Source: a virus | Taxonomy: Duplodnaviria; Caudoviricetes | IMG/VR virus record: IMGVR_UViG_3300033076_000875 | Coordinates: 1-45,901 of that record | Length of the DNA stretch: 45,901 nt | Reading direction: 5' to 3' (one strand) | Part shown: in pieces, positions 20,401 through 28,220 of the stretch | Position numbering within the stretch: position 1 is the first letter of the stretch | How the letters are laid out: each line of letters begins with the position of its first letter | Program-made: the position numbers and the translations under genes | Notes under the pieces: model-generated | Seen by the model: the letters and a program-made list of their open reading frames with translations, nothing else | Told to the model about the DNA's origin: nothing | Database searches by the model: none

Positions 20401-23400
20401 CGAGGTAGCCATTCTCCGTGGTGGGGTTGACCCGCACCTTCATTTGCGCCGAGTACGTCGGCAGCACCACGGCATTGTCCTGCAACTGCGGGCCAATGAT
20501 GTTGGCCGCGTAATAGGTCATGACGAGCCGCTGTGCGGGCAGGAGGTTCGGCGTGAGTGGGGCCTTGAGGTTGATTTCTCCCTTCGCAGGCGTGGCCGTG
20601 TAGTCCACGCTCTCCACAAGGGTGCGCCCCGGCAGCGGGTTACCCTCGTCGTCCGTCTCCCCGTAGAGCACCACCTCGACTGTCTCGTAAGGGAGCCACG
20701 GTTTGAACTCAAAGCGCGTCGGGAGGTTCGGGTACACAGGGCGCGACGAGAATGCGACGAACTCTCCGTCAAGCAAGGACAAGCCCGTAGGTGCAGGGTT
20801 GTTCACACGCACTTGCGTGTACCTACCCTCCACGACGAGTTCGCTCCCCACAATGAGGAATGGGTAGCCCCCCACTTCCAACAGGTGCCCTCGCAGGGCC
20901 ACCTTCGTGTAGTCCCCCACGAACGTGAACGTCGTGTCTCCCCGATTTACGGGGAGGTAGACCGCCGAGGGGAACGAGAGCAGAAACCCCGCGTTGCCCC
21001 CGCCCACTACAGGGTCGTTCGGGTCAACGACGAGGGCCACGGGCACCGACGACAACTGCGAAGAAGCGTCATTGGCGGGGGCGCGGCTTCCCACTTCGTT
21101 TTCGGGGGTGGGCCACACAGTCACGGAGGTGAGTGCCGTAGTGCCGTCGTAGGACGTAGCCTTCGTGTAGAAGGCGATGCCCCCAATGACAAACAGGGTG
21201 CCCACCGAGAACTCTGCGGTACGGTCGCCCTCGACGGTGAACGTGTCCTGCCCCGCTTCCAAGTAGAAGGGAGGGCGGTAAACGGGCGTCACGGAGGTCG
21301 AGTAGGTCTGCTCTCCCCCCGAGGCTTCCAAGACCGCGTAGTTGAGGCGCACCTGCTTTGCGGGGTTCACGGAGTACGAGAACAGGAGCGAGTTTCCCGA
21401 CACGCTCACGTCGCTCTTTCCCCCGTAGTTCTGCAAGTTCGGGCCAACCCACACCGACGCGGGGAACGCCGTGTCAACAGTCTTCCCCGAGGGGTTGAAC
21501 GTGTACTCGGTCGGGGTGACTGCGGTGGCAACCTCCAAGCGCACGATGTTGGAGAGGTACTCGATGATGGGCACGGGCAAGCCCGCAGAATCCACGACCA
21601 CCGTGCCGTCCGTGTTGGCTTGGTAGTAGCGAGCCTCGACCACCTGCCCTGTACGAAGGGGGAACTTGAAGAACACCCCGCCCGTCAGAGGGGACACCTG
21701 CACGTCGGTGTTGAGCACCGTCTGCTCGACCAAGTAGAGCGTACTACTTGTGTAAGAGGTGGCGTCCGCGCTTGAAATAACGACCTCGCCCGTCGAAGGG
21801 TCAGCCTGTGCTGCCCCTGCGGGAATATCGGAGGTGTTGTCGAGCACCTCGTCAAACACGACGTTCGTGCCTGCGTTCACGAGGAGCGTCGTGGTGCCGA
21901 ACCGCAACTGCCCTGCAACGGCAGAGGAGGGGAGTCCGTAGTAGACCACATCACCGACAATAGGGGGTGTGGGGAACGATGACACGCCAATGAGCGTGGC
22001 CCCCTCGTACACGGTGCCGCCAACACGGAGCCGAAACGCTCCGGTCGTGAAGTGCGGGTTCGTGGTCGGAACCTTGAGGCCCGAGGACGCGAGCACCCCG
22101 AGCACGAACCCCTGCTGAATGTACGTCAGCGTGGCGGTCGGGTCGTTGTGGCCCACTCCGAACCGAAGTGACACGTTTCGGTCAGAAGCAAGCGCATCAG
22201 CCAAGTACGCCGTGAACAGGCCCGTGCCACCACTCGCCACCGTTCCGAGGGGAGAGAGCAGCCGCACGCTGAACACCTCGTCCGACAGGTAGACGAAGGG
22301 TGTGAACTGCACGTCCGCGACAATGGACGGGTCGTACACCGAGGTCGGGTAGCCCGAGAACACCTCCCACGAGACGTAGGGCAGGTTCTCGGTCGGCCCC
22401 GCCCCCACCGGAAAGGAAACATCGGGAGAGAGGAGCAGGACGGACGGGTCGGTGGTGGAAATTCCCGTCACGACGTAAGACCCGAGGGCTTCCCCATTCC
22501 GAATGGCAAGACGGTAGCCTTCGGGGGTTGTGGTGCCGAGCGTGACCGCCCAATCCGACACGTTGAGGTCAGAGAACTCGACCGAACCCGCCGCGAAAAA
22601 TCCTGCACCACCCTGTCCGACTTCGGGGGACACGGGCGTAGAAAGGACAACCTGCCCTGCGCCCCCGTTGTCGGGGAACAGGAAGTCGGTGCCGTTCACG
22701 AGCGTGGTGTAGGCTCCTCCCGGCAAGCGCAGTTGCAGCCCGAAGTCCGTGTCGAGCATGGCGTCAGCGTCGAGTGTCTCGGGAACGACCGAAGTGTGGC
22801 CGAGCGCAAGGAGAGCCGTGGGGGACTGCACCGAGAGGGTGCCCGAGGCATACGTCTCCAACCACGCGAACCGCCCGAGGTCGAACTCGTAGAGCAGTTG
22901 GTCGTAGTTCTTCAACCGCTCGACGTTCAGAAACGCCGTAGTGACGTAGTGAACGTCGGGGGCAAAGCCAGGGATGTCGAGCAGCGGGGGAAGGTTAACG
23001 AGGAACGTGGGCGTGCTCGGAATGCTCTCGGTCACAATCTTGTTGGTGAACCGACCCGTGGCCGTGAAGTCCGGTTCCGTACCCGTGCCGTCGAGGTTGA
23101 GCGGCGAGCGATACACCCCGAACGACGCCCCGTTGTCGGGGAGCCAACGGTAAGTGGTGCCCGAAAGGTCAACCTTCCAACCGGGGAGAAATCCGAGCGC
23201 AGCCTGTCCCGTAAGGTCATCGGGGTCAGCGTTCCATCCGACTTCGACCATGCCCCCCGTGAGGTTCGCGGAAGAAATGACGACGCGCCCCCGCACCGCC
23301 GTCGCCGTGCCCGTGCTCCCCGCCGCCGTAATGGCCACTTGAAGGTCAGCCGCCACCTGTGCAGCGGTAAGCGTGTCCCCCGTAAGCGAAGAAGCCCACG

Positions 23401-25282
23401 TCACCACCACGCCGTCAATGGCGAAGCGCATGGTATCCGTAGTCGTGAGTGTGTACGGCTCCGTGACCCGCGAGTAGACCCGTGCTTCTTCTGCGTAGGT
23501 CGCGGGCGTCACGTCGGCTTGTTGGAAGTAGACCTTCTCGCCCGTCATGCCCGCACGCTTGAACTGCACCCGCGAAAGCGTGCTCGTGACCGCTTGACGA
23601 GAAACCTGTCCGAGCGTCTTGCTCATGGTGAACGAGAGGTTGGTCAAGTCCTCGTCGTACTCGACCACCTCCAACGTCTCCAACGCCCGCGTCGGCGTGA
23701 ACAGGAAGGTGTCGCCAATGCCCTCAACGGTACGGGTCAGCCCCGTGTCGTCTCCGTTGACCCGCGTAGTCGGGTTGCCTCCCGAAAGGTCGGGCAACAT
23801 GCCCGAGCCGTTCGGCGTGTACCGGATGCCCGAAATGCCGGGGAACGGCAGCGGCTCCGCGAGAGGGACGTACATATCCCCCGTCAGCGTCACCGTGGTC
23901 GGCGTGCCCGTGCCATCTACAAGTTGAGTGGGGGCCTTTGCGGGAAGGGGCCGCGTATTCAGCGACACACCGTCGAAGAACACCCGCGTCTGCAAGTACG
24001 GGAGTTCGTACCCCGCTGCGCTTGGCGTGGCCTTGTCCACGTCGTCTTGAGCAAACACGAGTTTGCCCGTGGTGCGCGACCACGCGAAGTAGCCCGAGGT
24101 CAGACCCGAGGGGGCGGGGAGGTCGGCATCGGTGTCACACGCCACGGGAGACAGGTGCGTGCGGAACCCAAGCCGCACCATCGGCCTGTCAGTCGAGCCG
24201 GGAATGGGAGAAAGAAACAGGGGGTCAAGGTTGGCCGTCTTGAGATAGCCGAGGTTGCCCTCGCTGCCCGCCACGAATGTCTCACCGTTGTACCACACCG
24301 TCTGCCCTGCATTGAGGGCGACGAAGACAGGGTTGAACTGCACCTTTCCGTTCGTCACGCCCACGATAGCGTCGGGGGACGGCCCGCTGAACGGGTAGGG
24401 GCTGGTTGCCGCGTCAGCGTCAGCCACGACTTCTACGAGTGGGGCGACGGAGGTGGCGTCGGGAACCATGCCAACGCGAACGAGGGCATACTCATCGGAG
24501 TTCGACGGGTTGCTCGGGAGGTAGTCCCCCACCGCGAACCGTGACGGCTTCGGCCCGAGCGTGTAGGTCGTGTCGGCGGTGAGCGGGCCAAGGTCGAGAA
24601 CAGGCTGTCCCTTGAGGGGTGCCCAACGGTTGCTCTGACCATCCCACCCAAAGCGCGTGAGAGCCGCGTCGTTGCGCGTCCACCAAAAGCGCGTCCGAGC
24701 AAGCACATACTCAACGGACGAGATGGTGTCGCCACGGTCGGAGGAGAACCCACCGTCCAATGCCGTGAGCGTAGCCGCGTCGAGCACGACCTTGCCTGTC
24801 GTCATGTCTTGCGAGGCGAACACCGCCGTGATGGTGGTTCCCGTGTCCCCCCGCTTGAGGTCAAGCAGCGTGACGGAGTAAAGGCTGCGGTTGCCCACGT
24901 CCTTCACGGTGAAGGTGTCGGTGCCGTCCGTGTAGGTGGCAGGCAAGGGGGACTGCGTGACCGTGAGCGTTCCTGCTACCGCCGAAACGAACGCCGTACT
25001 GCCTTCGATAGCGTAGTCGGGCGTCTCAACCGTCGTAAGGGAGCCGTTGTTCGCCGCCCACAACAGGTATTCGGCCCCCGCGTCCGAGCGCAGAAGAACT
25101 GCTGCGCGGTAGGCGTCCGCGAACGGCTCGGGAGGACGACCCGTAGGCGCAAGCCCCGACGTGTAGCCCGTGAGGGTCTTATGGTCGCGGTCTACGCCCG
25201 AAGTGGCTTCACCCGTGCTCTGCGCGTTTCCACCCGCCACGCGGGGCGGGCGCAGGACGTAACCGTCGAAGTCGAAGCCCAT
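14462..25282 (-). CDS. Giant 3606-aa virion protein (baseplate/fibre-associated, function unknown)
   Basis: Uninterrupted 10.8-kb ORF, Thr/Gly/Val/Pro-rich and beta-type, between spike and wedge genes. Confidence 0.85.
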   Translation of the reverse strand: MGFDFDGYVLRPPRVAGGNAQSTGEATSGVDRDHKTLTGYTSGLAPTGRPPEPFADAYRAAVLLRSDAGAEYLLWAANNGSLTTVETPDYAIEGSTAFVSAVAGTLTVTQSPLPATYTDGTDTFTVKDVGNRSLYSVTLLDLKRGDTGTTITAVFASQDMTTGKVVLDAATLTALDGGFSSDRGDTISSVEYVLARTRFWWTRNDAALTRFGWDGQSNRWAPLKGQPVLDLGPLTADTTYTLGPKPSRFAVGDYLPSNPSNSDEYALVRVGMVPDATSVAPLVEVVADADAATSPYPFSGPSPDAIVGVTNGKVQFNPVFVALNAGQTVWYNGETFVAGSEGNLGYLKTANLDPLFLSPIPGSTDRPMVRLGFRTHLSPVACDTDADLPAPSGLTSGYFAWSRTTGKLVFAQDDVDKATPSAAGYELPYLQTRVFFDGVSLNTRPLPAKAPTQLVDGTGTPTTVTLTGDMYVPLAEPLPFPGISGIRYTPNGSGMLPDLSGGNPTTRVNGDDTGLTRTVEGIGDTFLFTPTRALETLEVVEYDEDLTNLSFTMSKTLGQVSRQAVTSTLSRVQFKRAGMTGEKVYFQQADVTPATYAEEARVYSRVTEPYTLTTTDTMRFAIDGVVVTWASSLTGDTLTAAQVAADLQVAITAAGSTGTATAVRGRVVISSANLTGGMVEVGWNADPDDLTGQAALGFLPGWKVDLSGTTYRWLPDNGASFGVYRSPLNLDGTGTEPDFTATGRFTNKIVTESIPSTPTFLVNLPPLLDIPGFAPDVHYVTTAFLNVERLKNYDQLLYEFDLGRFAWLETYASGTLSVQSPTALLALGHTSVVPETLDADAMLDTDFGLQLRLPGGAYTTLVNGTDFLFPDNGGAGQVVLSTPVSPEVGQGGAGFFAAGSVEFSDLNVSDWAVTLGTTTPEGYRLAIRNGEALGSYVVTGISTTDPSVLLLSPDVSFPVGAGPTENLPYVSWEVFSGYPTSVYDPSIVADVQFTPFVYLSDEVFSVRLLSPLGTVASGGTGLFTAYLADALASDRNVSLRFGVGHNDPTATLTYIQQGFVLGVLASSGLKVPTTNPHFTTGAFRLRVGGTVYEGATLIGVSSFPTPPIVGDVVYYGLPSSAVAGQLRFGTTTLLVNAGTNVVFDEVLDNTSDIPAGAAQADPSTGEVVISSADATSYTSSTLYLVEQTVLNTDVQVSPLTGGVFFKFPLRTGQVVEARYYQANTDGTVVVDSAGLPVPIIEYLSNIVRLEVATAVTPTEYTFNPSGKTVDTAFPASVWVGPNLQNYGGKSDVSVSGNSLLFSYSVNPAKQVRLNYAVLEASGGEQTYSTSVTPVYRPPFYLEAGQDTFTVEGDRTAEFSVGTLFVIGGIAFYTKATSYDGTTALTSVTVWPTPENEVGSRAPANDASSQLSSVPVALVVDPNDPVVGGGNAGFLLSFPSAVYLPVNRGDTTFTFVGDYTKVALRGHLLEVGGYPFLIVGSELVVEGRYTQVRVNNPAPTGLSLLDGEFVAFSSRPVYPNLPTRFEFKPWLPYETVEVVLYGETDDEGNPLPGRTLVESVDYTATPAKGEINLKAPLTPNLLPAQRLVMTYYAANIIGPQLQDNAVVLPTYSAQMKVRVNPTTENGYLGRTLVASYSFAAPDSFYMQVAPLQAYLGDVAQIALGRVQAQAASGGPSLFSPGSTTLSKQGAFGVRGQVQDLRDQDRAARVFLSFYNEIIVDFEQVVENIDGRIIGDRDGKFKFFVGRGVLYPPPGYEDAFSGDLNNRLVWAEVFTSYNPNDLLVTEADPIVDPATGKSTDPNRQGAVDGTTPSPFTLSYYVEKQDLRVLNDMDDVLLIGFNSPTWAMFSAALLPTLDMKGKYQPMWEPHPFSRLFPERTKAFTTTLPGLQANLDLGYKGYYTFGSLGNVPGDEPGTTKKALVSTFNTPTAVISNPALGVIEGVNDSYFRPRDARARIWAYSATGFPELGGPSEPSVVATPLAFSQFPLDPDTGLPDTTQLVSNGGDLFDLMSGDPDLSTPAFAAGQALAYGQPNGDTFTLGDGANPIGSFFGSITTDSTVYPCIYVKQVVNGVVLVLGKESSGGGSIVSINAADILVVETGGTFSPTQGDTIYVVPPTRNLTTTAFSDPPTVAEATTFAALLPQYRNYFDLIVANKNSELRDMTLPSWDDPNLGLKEILGQKPPSPLLPIEGDVAFTNTRVLPAQLPALLGQARDDSGDVSIPYLATTITELNLLGQVASETRAFFGADTMVGFPFPLSAPVAEQQTWKAIYPDEVVGADGSVLVSMWSGTHSPATLYTSRDLTPVATAGAYTNRSAIGDVRPFDLLLMETNQLPVGVTGVLSVGAVTGGASGSSVEVPRFITPTTVGTPVKYTVTNAVSQTGLGGSAGVKVTSSVPVPGVVQTTFDFSSLGSVVLADGTGTVPGTGGYNRFLGLGGTGNTLVLRVYDPTTGVLIEAIAISDPTAWGTVSAPAGVALALAPPNVRDTSIVVFTAGNLSSVANSGLFYDVTLTADAYRDTATAAITGLAVGAASGTTTAAVERDRLTFSEHISLVTAAPRGTVTPTAGVTVETTLAVYEITVGSPSVAGCTVNAPSSVNGGLPFSFLTRIDPATLLPYVGTFTAASAPGAGDEQGTIKVMSWEANGNLPLSGADLAGLKFSAVPSSDAEKASIILEGEGTNYDRIGAAPGLSRAWLQDTTVTSGAVENVQAGDIVVVDGGPSGTAAVKTGTYLVRHAVPTNGAAADGTAIYSLATGTSVMAGVEGAIDLTFPQVTATVDAGGGNTNLTVDTLISVTGSPTGHAFPSAGRVYFILKPVVATYNTTLLQWEVDPTAVYSADYTGITGTTFALTAYYDGTGVAITQGTFLTAVTQGTRVSGMYYLPLRKLGDALPENNCVGYTFDSTGKSTVGGVVALSLGSTLYIDPATPTVPYSVTYTDTAGNLLRDSGPKFFPNLYVNVPTGEDSTAFYTERDRVVYPSSAAPTPTGVAAYLDVGDIDWDTVHFGGAVATAGVLPCLLLGDKFLFGDDLVAPTISGFVALSGVFLEPSFPLPVGDLGQTVPHVVAAAYSVPDPSFVGVRDYQDYFVVPPAVGETVHFYVRRIRRFHEAQQKLVGNLELLKPVYETRRGVLDTYDTNTRELVADTALYGAATNIGAFNSAVTNIHAGDVLRLLDSTGTLVEEAEVEAVMDAVTLRLRRPGLLTTLSGGEAFEVYLRQAPVPHEQSCEQLLDLLTDQVVLDRPVDYTNPLTTEGGQATAFNFLSDTDPTVDYTTAGVKAGDYIIVDPAGTLFDPEEMGARPVGDQSVDTRLAEYIAGLPDPLDDNRGFYRVVADPSSPTVLEVNGASRFGGGAEDGSDDVVYGGGGWEYVVLPTVHGSALTGDGREGQQALRPTAASVGTSFVARTGIDANKSIQPFGYRIIRPSSVFSQDATELVLFMRERMLSWIEEISGAYENNKGGDYYTFQAENHIEDVGSPTSPTDGLGVISNQFLVSLIGLVNFAPFANTSDCLSVLDRRFWVLDTRLDSETPVGLPMPYADLANGTGRPVLPDLINDVLDNDDRFRALRYSWVVFRADRVNGSLQALARARATLPAQVEAQRQLLLLKKGLGS

Positions 25283-25286
25283 GAGT

Positions 25287-25883
25287 TTAGACCACCTTTG
25301 AGGTACTGCTGCCCCACGCAGCGGAGGGGGAGGGGATACCCGTTACGATACCGGGAACAGGCGACGTTCCCGTAAACGCGAGGGCCGCAAGTCCCGAACC
25401 CACGCCTCCCGCGAACTGCAACGCGACAGGCCCTCCGACACCGACTGCGTTGAGATTTGCGAGAAGAAGGTCTGTGAGGAGTTTGGCGTTTGCAGAGGTC
25501 ACCTTGCTCAAGTCCGTACCCGCACCGACGCCGATAGACACCCCCGTGTAGCCCGCCGACACATTGAGCGCGTTCGCCACCCCTATGCCAATCGCCGCTG
25601 CTGCGAACTGTCCCGTGTTCCCGAGGATGCTGACTGCTGCGGTCGCGGCGTTCACGGGCAAGGGTTGTGGAGGAAAGAACAAAAACGCGCTTGGGGTGTT
25701 GTTGACGGTGCCTCCCCCCGCCGTGCCTGTCGTGACCCCCGTGAGCGTAATGCCTCCCGCACGCACCCATTGCTCGACAGAAAGCCCCACCGCAGCCGCG
25801 ATCTGCGCCCAAACAGGGCCGTTAAGATTGGCCGCACCTGCGACGAGAATGGCGTTCGTGACGTTCGGGGCGAAGACAGGCAT
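25287..25883 (-). CDS. Gly/Ala-rich hydrophobic protein directly downstream of the spike gene (198 aa)
   Basis: Start abuts the spike stop codon; almost devoid of charged residues. Confidence 0.75.
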   Translation of the reverse strand: MPVFAPNVTNAILVAGAANLNGPVWAQIAAAVGLSVEQWVRAGGITLTGVTTGTAGGGTVNNTPSAFLFFPPQPLPVNAATAAVSILGNTGQFAAAAIGIGVANALNVSAGYTGVSIGVGAGTDLSKVTSANAKLLTDLLLANLNAVGVGGPVALQFAGGVGSGLAALAFTGTSPVPGIVTGIPSPSAAWGSSTSKVV

Positions 25884-28211
25884 TTAGTTGATACGCACTT
25901 GCGGGACGCCGAACGTGCCCCCCATCCAAAAAGGCTTGCCCGTCACCGCGTCGATGCACCCGTCCGAGAGCACGGCTCCTGCAAGGGGGGTGATGACGTT
26001 CATGTTGATGGCAGGAGCCGTCACGCTCACCATTCCTGCCGAGGCTACGTCCACGGTCGCACTTCCCGAGAGGGTTGCGCTACCTGCGGTGGCCACCACT
26101 TGCACGGTGGGGCCTGCGAGGTTGGCCGAGAACGGGTTGACCTCCATGACCGAGGTGTAGGGGCCGACGATGAACTGCAACGCCCCCGTCCCCGTCGTGA
26201 CCGTCTGACTGCCAATTCCGAACGTGCGGGTGAGGTTCCCCGTCCCGAAGAACTCGTTACGGTTGCCCACAAGCATGTTGTAGTTGTCCGCGGTCTGCCC
26301 TGCAAGCAGGGGGGTGACGAACACGGTGTTCCGTGCAGGGCCATTCGTCGGGAGGCTGTTCTTCGGCCCCGAGAAGGTGAAGTCGGCGCGACCCATCGAG
26401 TTCAACACGACGGCATTGCCACTCATGTTGAGGCCGTTCCCTGCCTCGATGGTGACCCCCGTGCTCGCCTTCACGTTTACTTGGTTGGTGTTGTTGATGG
26501 CCACGGCGTTGCCGCTCACGGTGACGGTGCCCGTGGCGGTGACGCTCGTGTTCGTTGCGCTGTCGAGCAGGAGTCCTGGCTGCGTGGTGGAGGAGGACGC
26601 CTGCGTGATGTTCCCGCCCGCACGGACGACCACACCCCCTTGTGTGGAGGACACCTCGACACCCACGTTGTCGGTGTCTCGGCCCGCCGCCGACCGAAGG
26701 GCCACACTCTGCTTGGAGGAGAAGTCGAACGGGCCTGTACCCGTGTCAAGGCGCAGACCATTGGCGAAGGACACCTCCGCGTCCTGCACCGCGAGTCGAA
26801 GCCCACCACCCTTGGTGATGCCCATGAACGACTGCTGTGTGGAGTCGTCGGGGTTCCGCACCCGCAAGAGGGCCGCAAGTTGCGCGAGCAGCCCCTCATC
26901 CGTCAAGGTTGCGCTATTCACGAGCGCGGGATCGCTCGTGTCTCCGCTAAACACCTGTGCGGCGAGAGGTTGGCTGTAGAGGGCCGTCTCTGACCCAAAG
27001 GCATCGTTTCCAACAACGGTTCCGAGGACGAACTCCACGAAAGGCGCGTTGGGAGAGGCTGCGGCGGGGCTGTTTGCGGTGCTCGGGGTCAACGGCAGGC
27101 GGTCGAGGTCGAACCCGTCCGTCTGCTCCGACACAGGGAGGGTGCCGTCCGAGGTATGAGAGACTTCAATGCGGTACTCGGTGAGCGTCTCCACGTTGCT
27201 GTCCGCAATGGCGGCGTTCTCCGTGGAGCCACGGGCCACACGGTAAAAGGACTTGCCCCCGTACACGGCGTCCGACACCGGAGGTTCTTCGTAGAGGTTT
27301 CCGTCACTATCTACGAACAGACCTCGGTTGAGCAGCACGAACGGGTCGATGTTGGTGCCGTAGTAGAGGCCCGAAGCCGCCGTCCCTGTCTCGGTACGCT
27401 GAAACAGGGGATCGGGAGTGAGGCTGAACGGCGTGTCGAGCGCAGACAAGTCGCCCTCGGAGAGGGTGTTCCCCGCACCGTCCCGCTGCCGTGCTGATGC
27501 CCAATCCTTCCCGTCATTGAACAGTTGCCGAGGAAGGAGCCTCGCGTCCCGTTGTACCATGCCCCCGTACACGCGGAAGCCTGCACCTGCGTGGAACTGC
27601 TGCAAGGAGCGCACGAGCAGGGCTTGGTCTTGGTCGCGAAGAATGACCTCGTTGCCACGACGATTCGTGAGGGTCGCGCTCTCGTCAAGCACAAGGTCGG
27701 CACCCTGTGACGAGGAGACAACGGCGTGGCCTGGGGCCATGTGGCGCAACTTGTGTCGGTGTCGCCCGACGATGCCCTCGGTCTTGGCTGCAAGTGCGGG
27801 GGTGTACGGCAGTTCCTCGGGGTCGAAGGACGCCGCAGTCTCCCAATTATAGCCGAGAATGCTCCCGCCCGGAGGAAGCCACGAGACAATGTACGGCTGA
27901 CGGGTGAACCCGCTTTCCTTCGGGGAGTACCCGATGATGCACACGTCGTCCGTCTCGGGCATGATCCCCATGAACGAACGTCGGCCCATGTGCGGGAACG
28001 TGATGGGGACATTGGAGTAAGGCTTCTTCGCGCCAGGGCCAAGCGTAAGCAGGTTGACCGTCATGGCCGCGTAGTCCACCGACTGAACCCGAGCCAACAC
28101 GAGCGGGTACGAGTCCTTGCCCCCGTCTGCTGCGGTGGTCTTGAGGGTGCGCGGCTTGAGTTTGAGGCGCACCTCGGAAGCAGAAACGACCTTGTTCACA
28201 GGGGGGGCCAT
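25884..28211 (-). CDS. Central baseplate spike (gp5/gpV/VgrG-like): OB-fold plus beta-helix
   Basis: N-terminal LARVQSVD....TV.L...NVPI......G.MPE.DD.CI.GY OB-fold pattern; C-terminal Val/Thr/Gly/Ser beta-strand repeats; follows the hub gene. Confidence 0.8.
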   Translation of the reverse strand: MAPPVNKVVSASEVRLKLKPRTLKTTAADGGKDSYPLVLARVQSVDYAAMTVNLLTLGPGAKKPYSNVPITFPHMGRRSFMGIMPETDDVCIIGYSPKESGFTRQPYIVSWLPPGGSILGYNWETAASFDPEELPYTPALAAKTEGIVGRHRHKLRHMAPGHAVVSSSQGADLVLDESATLTNRRGNEVILRDQDQALLVRSLQQFHAGAGFRVYGGMVQRDARLLPRQLFNDGKDWASARQRDGAGNTLSEGDLSALDTPFSLTPDPLFQRTETGTAASGLYYGTNIDPFVLLNRGLFVDSDGNLYEEPPVSDAVYGGKSFYRVARGSTENAAIADSNVETLTEYRIEVSHTSDGTLPVSEQTDGFDLDRLPLTPSTANSPAAASPNAPFVEFVLGTVVGNDAFGSETALYSQPLAAQVFSGDTSDPALVNSATLTDEGLLAQLAALLRVRNPDDSTQQSFMGITKGGGLRLAVQDAEVSFANGLRLDTGTGPFDFSSKQSVALRSAAGRDTDNVGVEVSSTQGGVVVRAGGNITQASSSTTQPGLLLDSATNTSVTATGTVTVSGNAVAINNTNQVNVKASTGVTIEAGNGLNMSGNAVVLNSMGRADFTFSGPKNSLPTNGPARNTVFVTPLLAGQTADNYNMLVGNRNEFFGTGNLTRTFGIGSQTVTTGTGALQFIVGPYTSVMEVNPFSANLAGPTVQVVATAGSATLSGSATVDVASAGMVSVTAPAINMNVITPLAGAVLSDGCIDAVTGKPFWMGGTFGVPQVRIN

Positions 28212-28220
28212 GCACTACTC

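Noticed and set aside
14462-25282. Diversity-generating retroelement or intein in the giant gene
   Set aside because: No reverse transcriptase, no near-identical TR/VR pair and no intein terminal motifs noticed by eye; a computational self-alignment would be needed to exclude them fully
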